Program-made: the position numbers and the translations under genes | Shown here: positions 1 through 10,241 of the stretch, one piece after another | How positions within the stretch are numbered: position 1 is the first letter of the stretch | Layout: every line of letters begins with the position of its first letter | Assembly (NCBI GenBank): GCA_050950105.1 | Contig: JBMNGZ010000001.1 | Coordinates: 236,759-300,758 of the forward strand | DNA length: 64,000 bases | Direction of reading: 5' to 3' | Origin: Candidatus Hydrogenedentales bacterium | Lineage (GTDB): Bacteria > Hydrogenedentota > Hydrogenedentia > Hydrogenedentales > SLHB01 | Notes under the pieces: model-generated | Database searches by the model: none | What the model was told of the DNA's origin: nothing | What the model saw: only the letters and a program-made list of their open reading frames with translations

Positions 1-3000
1 GCGTTCGAGGCGGTACCTCTCTTCCGGCTCCGAGCTTCCATGAAGATCCCTTTCCACGGGCCGTCTGACGCTGAGACTCTGGAGGTTTATGGGAAACCCG
101 TATCGTGGAAGAAAGCGGTGGTTGGCCAACCATTCAATGACGGTTATGTCGCAAAGGGCACGAGCCATGTGCCGAATGGAATTGGCCTTCGCCATCTCAC
201 GCCCTACGTTACTTGATGGTTGTAGTGGAATCTCGTTCCAGGCTTGGCGAAGTTCTGCGATGTCCTGCTTCCACTCACGGGTCGCCTTGGTGAATGCCTC
301 TTCGGCGTCCCCGATGAAGTCGTGCCACGGCCGAGGATCGCCAATGGAGTCCAAGGCAGTTTGGTTCGAGAGCGACTGGAAACGTTCCCGAAGCCCTCCA
401 TCCTCCAGGCGGAGCTGATTGAGGAACTTATAGAATTGAGATGCCACGTCTATGCCGTCCTCCGGCCATACGGGCTTGGTCTCAGACTTCTTCTTCCAGT
501 AGGAAGGGCACTCGCTTACACCACAAAAGATCCCCATCCTTCCGAAAGCATGCATTGCACCTGTCTTATTGGCTTGTCTGGAACGCAAAAATTCCGACAA
601 CAAGACAGCATGAAGATGGCGGCGGATGACGCGGGAACGCTCCAGAAAAACCGTGGGCTTTTTGAATTCGCGCTTGAGGAAGTCTCCAAACCTCAGAAAG
701 ACCTGCCGATCATAATCAGAGCTCCGTGAAAAGGTAACGACCACCGCTGACCCATCGGAACGTCGCCCGGCTCGACCAGCTCGCTGCCGATGGTTTGCGG
801 GCCCAGGCGGCGCATTGCCTAGCAGGACAGCGTTGAGCCCTCCAATATCAATGCCGAGTTCCATCGTCGTCGTCGAGGAGAGCACGTTACGGGTGCCACT
901 CTTGAAGAGATCCTGGAGCCGCCTGTTTTCATGGGGCGACAATTGAGCGGAATGCTCCTCTGCCCAAAGCCCCATCTCCAGGATTGAAGATCCTATGAAT
1001 TCACGGCGCGCCCTTCCCCAGCGGGGATTTTTGTCAAGAATGTCCGGATCAATCTCTCGCAGAGTGCCACGGCACCCGTCTATTGGTGCCCAGCCCAATG
1101 CGCTGTTGCTCCAAATCGTGCCTGTAGCCTCACACCAAAATAGCGTGGCAGGCCGCCTCACGCTCAATCTATCGAAAAGAACTTGCAAAGCTTTGTCTGC
1201 CTCCTCAGGCCCAGTCTGGTGGTGGTCTTCCCTATGTAGCCAAGTGAAGCCGATCTGATTTGCGTTGCGAAATAACTGATCGAATGCCGCGCACAGCACA
1301 TCTTTTGACAGTTGCGCTGAGTCGGCATTGGGAATCCCTGCCGCGCACAAGACATTCCGGACAAACCTGCGCCGAAGTTGGTCGGTGGTTACCCCAACAA
1401 AGGCACTAGCGCTCCACCCAGTGCGTTCGCGCGTGAGCCAGCGCCCTGTCAAGGGTGACTCATCCAACCAGGTCCGGCCATTGTTTTCTTCTGACCAGCC
1501 TACACAGCCATCGGAACGTACCGAATCCAATAAAAGTGTCAGAATACTCGCCCACACTGACGCAACCGCTTGCCGCGTGGCGCGTGTTAGCTTCTCCTCC
1601 AGGATGGGAGGGATATCGAGACTTTGTACGCCAGGGTAAACGACTTCGATTAGCCCGGTTGACTCCACTGATGCCTGCTTCTTCAACGGTCGCTGTAGTT
1701 CTTTGGCCACCAGTGCCTCAGCGTGTTTGACAACGGCATCCCGGTTCCGATTCCAGTCGGCCTGTCCGTAAGACTTGGCAGAGTGTCTTTCAGCCAAGTC
1801 GCGATCCATCAATTCGGCCATTTCTTCTCTCAGGCCAACCTGCCTTGCGAAATCAGTCACCGGCGTGCCGGCCGTCGACCGCTCCAATAACTCACGTTTG
1901 CTACACAGTTCTCGCTCGAGGTGCTGTCTGAGAGCTGGGTCAAGCGCCCCATCAGAGATCTGCTTTCCCAGTCTGCTGACTTCCTGCGTCAGGTAGGCAA
2001 CTGTACTGGCAGGCGTAGGTTCGGCCACGCAACGGGCTATAGCAGCTCTGATTACCTGTATTTCATGCTGTTGAGTCAATAATGGACCAAGTCTTGCTGC
2101 GGAGGCGCGTGAATCACTGAAACAGAGAAGGCGTCGACCCTCGCCCGGTTTCCAATGCCGTGACTCAGCCGGATAGGAAGGCAGATCATGAAGAACGGTC
2201 TCTGCCACTACGGATAGGGCAAAGGGCCTTCCGCCAACCAAAGCTCTACACACTCGCCGCCATTCCGGTTTATCTTTGTCGTCCTTCGGAATGCTCCACT
2301 CAGAATGGCAGGTTGGGCACTGCTGTGGCGACTGGGCTGTTTCTCGTGGTGCCTTCCAGAGCGTGACGCCATCCGAGCCATGTCCCAGAATCTCGCCACG
2401 CTCCGGATCAACAACAACCTCTTTAAAACTGTCGTCGGAAGAATGAGTCAACAGATAGTACGTGCGGTCTGCTACGGACGGGGCAAAATACCCCGGCTCG
2501 AGTATCGATAGTTCCTGATTCTCGTGCCCTGCAAGAGCCCATTCTCCACAGTTGTCACATCGATGAATTGGCATCAGAACATGCTGACAATATACGCATC
2601 GGTCGGAATATGGTTGCAGGCAGCCAATCTGTGGGATATGGCGCTCGGTGGGACCTGAACAGTGGGGATTCAGGCAAACCGAAAGGCCTTCCGGTGCGCG
2701 AACCAGGAAGTGCAATCGGTGCGGAATCAACGGCAAGTCTATTGCCCTCACACGCGCAGCCGCCGCCAGACGCAAGAGAGCGATCGTGGCTTTCTCCACG
2801 TCGCGTCCGCCGCTCCTGTCGAAAAGTTTTTGCCCCAATTCGTCAAGGCTTAGGATGCTACCGGGCTCGTTGGCCAGAATCGACGCCATACGCCTGACGA
2901 CCGGGGCTTCCCTCAATACAGCATAGAGGAACTGCGCCGGCGTGCTGGGATAGAGCTTCTTCGCGCGCTGGACAGCCCTCGTACTCGCCAGTTGATCGCC

Positions 3001-4146
3001 AATGTTGCAAAGTTCCTCAACAGCCTCGTGATCATCTTCGATCAACTCATCACTCGCTGTGAGTGTTGTGAAATCCAAATCAGCATGCCTCGCGATTTGC
3101 GACGCTTGCACCGGTACGTCTGGAGCGGACTCTACTTCCCCGAGGTCATGTCCTGCATATCGGCCACGTATGACATGAGTCTCTTGCTCATCTATGGAGA
3201 AAAGTCGGGATGCAAAGGTCCGCAGGTCGCCTTCGTCGCCACCAAGGGTTGCCGATGTCGCCAAATGGAGGACTTCTTCTGCCGTGACGCCGCAACGCTC
3301 CCGGACACGCCGAAGCAGCATTGTGATTTCAGCAGCCAAGGACCCGCTATAGAGATGGGCCTCGTCGAGAATGATGCATCTCAAATCGGGTCCGAAGAAG
3401 CACTTGTCCTGAGGACGGCAGAGCATGTATTCAAGCATGCTGTAGTTGGTTATGACAATGTCCGGCACAACTCCCATGAGTTCTCGCGCAATGGATTGCC
3501 CATCATGCGTCTCGAGCCCTCGAGCTTCTTGCCTCGTGCGCATACGACATTGCTCCCATTCAGGCTCTCCACGCTTGTTCGCTTGCCTTGCGTTCTCAGG
3601 GGTTTCACCCGTGAAATGAAAGACGCTTAACTGTTGCTGTCCCTGTAACCACCCGTAAATCCGCTCAACTTGGTCGGCCACCAAGGCGTTCATGGGATAC
3701 AGGATAAGGGAACGCATGCCCCCGTCTTGCTGTCTTCCAGGTGCACTCCAGAGGTCCGCAAGCATGGGCAGAAGAAACGCTTCTGTCTTTCCGAGACCCG
3801 TCCCAGCGGTAATTACAAGTCCGGGCCGATTCTGACTGGGCTCCCTTGATTTGCGCAGCGCTTCGGACTGATGATTGTACAAGAACCGGTCTATGGGAAA
3901 GGCGCCTTGTTTCTGGACATGTTGTAAGAGATTTGCAGGAAATAATCCCTCTTTCTCGAGAGTGCCAAGCGTGTCCAGAGTCTTTTCGCCCGGAAATGCG
4001 CCCTCAACCCGCAGCTCGCTGACCAGGCCACCGGCCGCACCGGGACCTTCCCAAACATTGCGAACCACATCAGAAAGAGTCTCATCACGGAAGTGGTTCT
4101 CTGCCACCCCCAGGTCAACCAATCTGGTGCGAACATGTTCCGCCAT
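1..4146 (-). CDS. Giant SF2 DEAD/DEAH-box helicase with a DUF1998/MZB-type Cys cluster, >1380 aa, 3' end beyond window; DruE-like (Druantia) candidate
   Basis: Manual minus-strand translation from ATG at 4144-4146 stays open to position 1, so the gene is partial and absent from the M-to-stop ORF track. Q-motif FPIDRFLYNHQSEA, Walker A LVITAGTGLGKTEAFLLPML and motif Ia LILYPMNALVADQ lie at ~3700-3900. A four-Cys cluster CLQPYSDRCVYCQHVLMPIHRCDNCGEW at ~2520-2640 is typical of DUF1998/MZB in COG1205 helicases. The large extension downstream fits DruE-sized proteins. Confidence 0.75.
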   Translation of the reverse strand, partial: MAEHVRTRLVDLGVAENHFRDETLSDVVRNVWEGPGAAGGLVSELRVEGAFPGEKTLDTLGTLEKEGLFPANLLQHVQKQGAFPIDRFLYNHQSEALRKSREPSQNRPGLVITAGTGLGKTEAFLLPMLADLWSAPGRQQDGGMRSLILYPMNALVADQVERIYGWLQGQQQLSVFHFTGETPENARQANKRGEPEWEQCRMRTRQEARGLETHDGQSIARELMGVVPDIVITNYSMLEYMLCRPQDKCFFGPDLRCIILDEAHLYSGSLAAEITMLLRRVRERCGVTAEEVLHLATSATLGGDEGDLRTFASRLFSIDEQETHVIRGRYAGHDLGEVESAPDVPVQASQIARHADLDFTTLTASDELIEDDHEAVEELCNIGDQLASTRAVQRAKKLYPSTPAQFLYAVLREAPVVRRMASILANEPGSILSLDELGQKLFDRSGGRDVEKATIALLRLAAAARVRAIDLPLIPHRLHFLVRAPEGLSVCLNPHCSGPTERHIPQIGCLQPYSDRCVYCQHVLMPIHRCDNCGEWALAGHENQELSILEPGYFAPSVADRTYYLLTHSSDDSFKEVVVDPERGEILGHGSDGVTLWKAPRETAQSPQQCPTCHSEWSIPKDDKDKPEWRRVCRALVGGRPFALSVVAETVLHDLPSYPAESRHWKPGEGRRLLCFSDSRASAARLGPLLTQQHEIQVIRAAIARCVAEPTPASTVAYLTQEVSRLGKQISDGALDPALRQHLERELCSKRELLERSTAGTPVTDFARQVGLREEMAELMDRDLAERHSAKSYGQADWNRNRDAVVKHAEALVAKELQRPLKKQASVESTGLIEVVYPGVQSLDIPPILEEKLTRATRQAVASVWASILTLLLDSVRSDGCVGWSEENNGRTWLDESPLTGRWLTRERTGWSASAFVGVTTDQLRRRFVRNVLCAAGIPNADSAQLSKDVLCAAFDQLFRNANQIGFTWLHREDHHQTGPEEADKALQVLFDRLSVRRPATLFWCEATGTIWSNSALGWAPIDGCRGTLREIDPDILDKNPRWGRARREFIGSSILEMGLWAEEHSAQLSPHENRRLQDLFKSGTRNVLSSTTTMELGIDIGGLNAVLLGNAPPGPANHRQRAGRAGRRSDGSAVVVTFSRSSDYDRQVFLRFGDFLKREFKKPTVFLERSRVIRRHLHAVLLSEFLRSRQANKTGAMHAFGRMGIFCGVSECPSYWKKKSETKPVWPEDGIDVASQFYKFLNQLRLEDGGLRERFQSLSNQTALDSIGDPRPWHDFIGDAEEAFTKATREWKQDIAELRQAWNEIPLQPSSNVGREMAKANSIRHMARALCDITVIEWLANHRFLPRYGFPINLQSLSVRRPVERDLHGSSEPEERYRLER

Positions 4147-4184
4147 TCTCAACGCATCAATTTGGTTCAACGCTGAAGACTCCT

Positions 4185-7130
4185 TTACTTGCTTTTAGAC
4201 AGCCAATATGTGCAGATCCTTGTTGATACGTATTGTCGCCCGTAATCGCTTTCGCCGATCTTGTGATGCTCTTCCTTGTCGCAATCTTCAGGATGCCAGT
4301 CATTCTTATGCATTCTTTTGATCCATTTGGCGATCAATTCTTCCAAACGACACGTGCTTACGCCGACAACTTCTGAAGCTCGTTCTTCCAACGATTCGAG
4401 CCGGAGTTCCATTTGATGATCATTGCACGTTGCCGGCAATCCAAGTCGAGCACAGATGAAAGCACGAAGTAACTCGAGCGTACCCTTCGGGTCCGCAGAT
4501 AAGAAATGCTTAAGCCCTTGCCACATCAAGATTGGTGAGATGCACGCAAGTTGGTCGATATGGCCGATACAGCGCTCTGGATGGGTCAGATTGCCGTCCC
4601 AGTGCGTAAGGGTCGTAAGTGCTTCACGCGCGTGGGACGCCCCAAACTGCGTCCACAGAAAGTATCTGACGACGAAGTCCACGCCCTCAATATGGTCGTG
4701 TGGCCTGAGCCCCTCAGGAATGGCTGAATTGAGCCGCCACGCCCGCAAGAAACGACAAGGGGTACCTTTTATCCTGTTCGCCAGACTGAGAGCGAGATCG
4801 TGCTGTAAAACTGGTATTCGAAGCCATTTCAGAATCGCGAAGTCTGATTCTGTTAGCTCTTTGCGCGACTCTAGGTACTGTCGCACCTGGCTTGTGTCCC
4901 ACCAGGCTCCAAGCCAGTAACCTTTCCATGTTAAAGCGATGGCAACAGGTTGTGTATCCAGTTGAACCTTCCAGCTTCGCTCTTTCGAGCCGGGCAAAAC
5001 GGTACCCGCCGGCAGGGGCAGTAACCTGATTTTGCTACCCTTATCGAAGATCCACTGCAGCAAAGTATAGCCAGTTGCTTCGAACTCGAGCGGGTCCTTT
5101 GGAGACGAAAATGACAAGCGGGCAGGCTTGCCGAGGAGTGGCGGGGTAAAGGCCGCGATGCACCCTCTGTCGAGGCATTGCACGCCAAGGGAATATGTAT
5201 TCTCTCCTGATCGAAGCCGCAGTTCTCCGCCATGCCCGGGGATTTGCCCTAACCCGATTCGCCCGTAGCGCACTTTGCCCACCTGAAAATCACCCTCATA
5301 AATCCGCGGAGTGTTTTCTTCCTCGGGCACCCATACTCGGAGATCTCCGGTGCCTTCTGACCGATTCAGTTCATCGCCGCTTTTTAGCGCTTTGAAGAAC
5401 CAAGGTTCGGCACTCTTATCCAGCCTGTGGCGACGAAGTGCTGCGGATAACAAGCCAAACCGCAATCGCGGCTCGATTGTTTGCTTCTTTCCCGACGACG
5501 AGAACTTGAGCCGAACTCTCCTTTGCCGTGTAGCCAACTCTGGCGTAATGGTTACATCCCCAATCGTCTCCCACTCCTCCTCCGCATGCCTTTGTAGGTT
5601 GTATGTCTTCGTGTGAATCAATAACTGTGCTGATTGGGTATCGTCAGGGAGGCCGCCCACAACCAGACGTACCCTGTCATTGAGCGAAAGAGTCTTACCC
5701 AGGGGAGTTGAAAGGAAGATAGGCGCAGTGACAGTCTGCGGCTCCATTCCACGAACCGGTTGCCAGAGAATAAAATCCTCGTAGGACACGCATACGCTTT
5801 CTGTGAGAGGGGTAGGCAAGCGTACAGCCTTTCGGGAGATGTCATTTCTTTCAAAGGTCTCGACCGGGGTGCATCCACCAACCTCACATTTCCGGTCACA
5901 GAGAATAGCGTAGTGCCGGTTTGGCTCAAGCCACTCCTCTGCCGCTCTGACAATTCTTGAATTGTCCAGGTCAAACACGACAACCTGCTCCGACAAACCA
6001 GAATCAGAGAAATCCCATTCGGAAAGTGACTCTCCCTTCCGAGTGCGCAAAGCCAAGATTCGCGGGCTTAGGTTGGGGCTTTTTCTCTGATTCTCCAGCT
6101 CTGAGTAGAGGTGTTCACTACCCGCCCAAGAGCCGTCTTTCTGCCGCAACCATCGAATCAGCTTGCGCCCGTCAATGTAGAAATCCAGTTCGGTCGCATC
6201 GGTTGTTTGGACCTCCTCTTGGATCACTTTTCTGTCCAAGCTCACCTCCAGCCTTGGTGACTTTCCATGTTCCCATTCGAGGGAAACGTTTGAAACCGGA
6301 CAGAATTTTTCCTGCGCACCCACGTCCTCTGAGGAGTCAAATCCGGGGCCAACCCAATCACCATCACCCAATCTCTCAAGCTTGGCTCTGGCTTCCCGGA
6401 GCAATTCATTTATCCAATGGCCTCGTATCCACGGGCTTTTTTCCAGAAGAGGTCGGATCTCGGCGTCGCCGATACGGCACCTTCTGAATTGCCGCAAGGC
6501 GCGCCAGAGCGACTGAAATGAGTCAGAGGCAAGTTCGGGATAGGCCGATTCGCCGTCCAGATGCTGCACGGCATTCGGACGCCCGAGATTGACGAGCCAT
6601 TCAGCCAGTCTGTTCTTGGCGCCCCGGTAAGTAAACCCGTATTGCAGCTTGATGCTGATGAACCATTGTTGTGCCCCTTCGATATCCATCGCGTGTCTGA
6701 GATTCAGTGCTCGGACGGCATCCCTGATCACTTCCTTTGTGAGCTCAGAAGGCTGGCCGTTATAAAGAAACAGCTCATTGAGAAGAGCGTGAGACTTCGG
6801 GAGGATCCTTCGAATGGTTGGCCAGACCGAATCTTCTCTGCTTTCATCACGGCAGATCTCCGCTCCAAGGCAAATGAGAAGTCCCCCAAACATCTGGCGG
6901 TAGGTACCGTATTGTGTGCCCGAAAAGCGGGTGTACATCACGGACTTGATCCAATTCTGCGTACTCTGGGGCGTCAATGCTCCGAACCAGCCGCGAAGCC
7001 AATCGATGTCTTTTTCGGTTAATCGGAGCTCAGCAATAGACCACGGACGCTCATATGCCATGGCCATCTCGTGTAGCGGCTTGAAAACATCTTCGAGTTC
7101 CGCTGTATGCGGTTCAAGGTGATTCCACAT
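4185..7130 (-). CDS. 981-aa hypothetical protein immediately upstream of and co-oriented with the giant helicase; candidate DruH-like partner (Druantia type III-like)
   Basis: Long uninterrupted ORF on the minus strand whose stop lies about 40 nt before the helicase start codon. No motifs I recognise. Size and position match the DruH-DruE two-gene architecture. Confidence 0.6.
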   Translation of the reverse strand: MWNHLEPHTAELEDVFKPLHEMAMAYERPWSIAELRLTEKDIDWLRGWFGALTPQSTQNWIKSVMYTRFSGTQYGTYRQMFGGLLICLGAEICRDESREDSVWPTIRRILPKSHALLNELFLYNGQPSELTKEVIRDAVRALNLRHAMDIEGAQQWFISIKLQYGFTYRGAKNRLAEWLVNLGRPNAVQHLDGESAYPELASDSFQSLWRALRQFRRCRIGDAEIRPLLEKSPWIRGHWINELLREARAKLERLGDGDWVGPGFDSSEDVGAQEKFCPVSNVSLEWEHGKSPRLEVSLDRKVIQEEVQTTDATELDFYIDGRKLIRWLRQKDGSWAGSEHLYSELENQRKSPNLSPRILALRTRKGESLSEWDFSDSGLSEQVVVFDLDNSRIVRAAEEWLEPNRHYAILCDRKCEVGGCTPVETFERNDISRKAVRLPTPLTESVCVSYEDFILWQPVRGMEPQTVTAPIFLSTPLGKTLSLNDRVRLVVGGLPDDTQSAQLLIHTKTYNLQRHAEEEWETIGDVTITPELATRQRRVRLKFSSSGKKQTIEPRLRFGLLSAALRRHRLDKSAEPWFFKALKSGDELNRSEGTGDLRVWVPEEENTPRIYEGDFQVGKVRYGRIGLGQIPGHGGELRLRSGENTYSLGVQCLDRGCIAAFTPPLLGKPARLSFSSPKDPLEFEATGYTLLQWIFDKGSKIRLLPLPAGTVLPGSKERSWKVQLDTQPVAIALTWKGYWLGAWWDTSQVRQYLESRKELTESDFAILKWLRIPVLQHDLALSLANRIKGTPCRFLRAWRLNSAIPEGLRPHDHIEGVDFVVRYFLWTQFGASHAREALTTLTHWDGNLTHPERCIGHIDQLACISPILMWQGLKHFLSADPKGTLELLRAFICARLGLPATCNDHQMELRLESLEERASEVVGVSTCRLEELIAKWIKRMHKNDWHPEDCDKEEHHKIGESDYGRQYVSTRICTYWLSKSK

Positions 7131-7235
7131 CTGCCTGTGCCCCCCTGGTCCATCTTTCGCAGTTATGCCATATCGTGGCTGTTTTTGCTAGAAGCCATCC
7201 CAAAACCGGGCTTTTGATAGCGGCTATATATATCT

Positions 7236-7500
7236 GTGCATATACTAATATTCACACAATCTCAACTGGATTGGCTTGCGGAACGGATTCCAGGCCCGCG
7301 GCGAAGGCCGTTTGGAGGCCGCTCGTCGGCCGAGAAAGGAAAGGCCATCCATGGCATCTTCTGGATTCTCGACAACGGGGCCAAATGGAAGGATCTTCCA
7401 CCCGAATTCGGCTCCAAAAGCACCGTGCACCATGGGTTTCAACGCCAAGTCCGTGAAGAGGCCTTCAAAACCCTCATGCGCGATGCCGGCCGGCTCGTCC
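7236..7500 (+). pseudogene. IS5-family (IS427/IS1031-group, DUF4096) transposase OrfA N-terminal fragment; IS remnant
   Basis: Translation LTQSQLDWLAERIPGPRRRPFGGRSSAEKGKAIHGIFWILDNGAKWKDLPPEFGSKSTVHHGFQR matches the conserved N-terminus of IS5-family OrfA (L.D.QWE.I.PLLP...GRP....R...NGILW.LRTGA.WRDLP..YG.W.TV..RF.RW). Similarity is lost after ~90 aa and no DDE OrfB follows; the CRISPR array follows instead. Confidence 0.6.
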
Positions 7501-7671
7501 AAGAACAAAGCGATTACCCTGGCCGCCCTCGTGCATTCCCGGGAACTCCCGAAGCCCTCGTACGACACGGTCATAGCCAGGAGTACCAGAATGACGGGAT
7601 TCATTGAGGCCAGTGACTTGCATCGCGGGAAATAACTAGTACAGCAGACGTTTTTGTCACGTGACAAAACA

Positions 7672-9740
7672 GCTTCAATGGGGCCACCGATTTTCATCGG
7701 TGGAAATGGAACCGATCGAACCCCATTCGCACTGCCAAAGCCCGCTTCAATGGGGCCACCGATTTTCATCGGTGGAAATGGCGTTGCACGATGGTGCCGA
7801 TCATCACCGGGCGCGCTTCAATGGGGCCACCGATTTTCATCGGTGGAAATTGATTCTGCGCACGAAAGTGAATGCCACAAACGGAAAGCTTCAATGGGGC
7901 CACCGATTTTCATCGGTGGAAATCGTGGATGTTGCGGGCGATCCAATCGCGCCGGGCGTCGCTTCAATGGGGCCACCGATTTTCATCGGTGGAAATTTGA
8001 CGGTTTCCCTGTCCCGGAAATGACGTTGACAAGGGCTTCAATGGGGCCACCGATTTTCATCGGTGGAAATCCCTGCCGCACACCGTGGTGGAGTTCGTGG
8101 CCGGCGCGCTTCAATGGGGCCACCGATTTTCATCGGTGGAAATGCTGCCGCGGGCGGCTACGATGCGGAGGGGACCGACATGCTTCAATGGGGCCACCGA
8201 TTTTCATCGGTGGAAATTCGGCAGCGCTTCGAGGGCCGTCTCGACATCCCCGAGCTTCAATGGGGCCACCGATTTTCATCGGTGGAAATGGGTAGGGCTG
8301 TCGGAAAAGTTGAATCCCGTAGGACGCTTCAATGGGGCCACCGATTTTCATCGGTGGAAATCGAGACGGTGGGTATGGTTCCCGCTGGATAGGTACATGC
8401 TTCAATGGGGCCACCGATTTTCATCGGTGGAAATGGGCCTCGCGGGCGCAGAAAAAGCCGACTGGATCGAGCTTCAATGGGGCCACCGATTTTCATCGGT
8501 GGAAATACAAGCGATGATGGAAAAATGGTGGCCGCGAAACCGCTTCAATGGGGCCACCGATTTTCATCGGTGGAAATAACGCAAACAGCTTCAACAGCGC
8601 GTTTTTGGTGGCAGCTTCAATGGGGCCACCGATTTTCATCGGTGGAAATTCGACGCCCATCGTGCCAACATTGCGCATCCCCTCTTCGCTTCAATGGGGC
8701 CACCGATTTTCATCGGTGGAAATTGCCGAGAACACGTATGCCGTCGAGCGAATGACAGACGCGCTTCAATGGGGCCACCGATTTTCATCGGTGGAAATAT
8801 CTGTAGAAAAAGAACTTCGGCTGTCGGCGCCAATGCTTCAATGGGGCCACCGATTTTCATCGGTGGAAATTGTACCGGAAATTCGACAGATACGCTTTTG
8901 CGGTACGCTTCAATGGGGCCACCGATTTTCATCGGTGGAAATAAGCTGTCCAGCACATCAGAAATGTCCTGCATAGCATCGCTTCAATGGGGCCACCGAT
9001 TTTCATCGGTGGAAATAATGGGCGGACACGGGCGCTAGAACGCTCGTAGACGCGGCTTCAATGGGGCCACCGATTTTCATCGGTGGAAATACTAGATAGT
9101 CCAATCTGAGCCATTCTAGGTACCTTGCTTCAATGGGGCCACCGATTTTCATCGGTGGAAATTCCAAGAGGCCCGGCGCCGGTCCACCACGTAAGAAAGC
9201 TTCAATGGGGCCACCGATTTTCATCGGTGGAAATAGGCCCAGGATGGACAGTTGCGGTTCGCCATCAACCGCGCTTCAATGGGGCCACCGATTTTCATCG
9301 GTGGAAATTTTTGCTGCAGACGGCGACCAGCCTGCGCCACGTTGTGCTTCAATGGGGCCACCGATTTTCATCGGTGGAAATGGCGTCGACGCGGTGCAAT
9401 CTACCACGGATCTTTAGCTTCAATGGGGCCACCGATTTTCATCGGTGGAAATCGGCTCGATGACTGGCGGGCGTATCAGGACGCCTTGCTGCTTCAATGG
9501 GGCCACCGATTTTCATCGGTGGAAATTGATTGTCGAGGCGGAGCTGTTCCATTCTCAAAAAGGGCTTCAATGGGGCCACCGATTTTCATCGGTGGAAATG
9601 TTTGGCGGTGGGTGGTGGTGGTGGGGGGGCCAGTGGCTTCAATGGGGCCACCGATTTTCATCGGTGGAAATGGCACTCGATCGAGTTGCGCGTCGATGTC
9701 GCTCGCTTCAATGGGGCCACCGATTTTCATCGGTGGAAAT
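7672..9740 (-). CRISPR. CRISPR array, 29 repeats of 36 nt (plus strand GCTTCAATGGGGCCACCGATTTTCATCGGTGGAAAT) with 28 spacers of 33-37 nt; transcribed on the minus strand
   Basis: Perfect 36-nt direct repeats with ~72-nt period counted by eye from 7672 to 9740. The reverse complement ATTTCCACCGATGAAAATCGGTGGCCCCATTGAAGC has an 8-bp palindromic stem (CCACCGAT/ATCGGTGG) and ends in ATTGAAGC, the canonical 3' handle orientation of type I/III repeats. This places the leader at the high-coordinate end next to cas2. Confidence 0.97.
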
Positions 9741-9947
9741 GGCGGGCTTTCTAAGCTGGTATAGCCTGGCTGGTTGCGGCGGTGTTTTCGAGCGGTCCGT
9801 TTCCAGCCGTGCCCGCTGCTTCGATCTGGGGGCATTATAGTCTGTAAGTGTCTTTCACACAAGGATCGAGCGGTTCCCGGTTTTTTCGCATCACTGAGGC
9901 GCTCGCGCGCTATGTAGATGCTTCAACTGCCAAAGAGCGATGGTGGT
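9741..9947 (-). promoter_or_regulatory. CRISPR leader with sigma70-like promoter on the minus strand (TTGTGT-N17-TATAAT; -35 at 9857-9862, -10 at 9834-9839)
   Basis: 207-bp non-coding stretch between the cas2 stop and the first (leader-proximal) repeat. Minus-strand sequence reads TTGTGTgaaagacacttacagacTATAAT and would drive transcription into the array. Confidence 0.5.
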
Positions 9948-10238
9948 TTATACGACTATAGCGTGCCGTTCTACAAAGTCATAGGGTTTTCCGATGGCGA
10001 AGGTGGACGAAGTATTGTAGCCTTCGGCCGGGCCCAGGGTGAAGATGAGGATCTGGTCTTCCCGGTGGTTGATGAGTGGAGTCAAGTCGGCGATCATCTG
10101 GGCGCGTTCTTTGCCGGAAAGCTCGCACTGAAAGACGGAATATTGCAGATGTTCGCCGTAGCCGCGCATTTTTTTGAAGACGCGCCGCAGGCGGGCGTTG
10201 TCGGAAATGTCGTATGTGACGAGATAGATGTGGCGCAT
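9948..10238 (-). CDS. cas2: CRISPR-associated endoribonuclease Cas2
   Basis: 96 aa; MRHIYLVTYDISDNARLRRVFKKMRGYGEHLQYSVFQCEL is the classic Cas2 N-terminus. Lies directly downstream of cas1 and upstream of the leader. Confidence 0.9.
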   Translation of the reverse strand: MRHIYLVTYDISDNARLRRVFKKMRGYGEHLQYSVFQCELSGKERAQMIADLTPLINHREDQILIFTLGPAEGYNTSSTFAIGKPYDFVERHAIVV

Positions 10239-10241
10239 GGG

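Noticed and set aside
89-4198. Plus-strand ORFs in the track (e.g. 2992..3630, 244..729, 3875..4198)
   Set aside because: They are antisense to or out of frame with the continuous minus-strand helicase reading frame, which has canonical helicase motifs.
7654-9840. Many overlapping 60-210-aa ORFs on both strands with recurring peptides (ASMGPPIFIGGN, LQWGHRFSSVE, FNGATDFHRWK, FPPMKIGGPIEA)
   Set aside because: They are translations of the 36-nt CRISPR repeat in different frames and strands; none is a real gene.
9918-9955. Possible degenerate CRISPR repeat (GCTTCAACTGCCAAAGAGCGATGGTGGTTTAT) near the leader
   Set aside because: It overlaps the 3' end of cas2 coding sequence, shares only GCTTCAA and GGTGG with the repeat at the wrong spacing, and lies at the leader-proximal end where degenerate repeats are not expected; probably coincidence.
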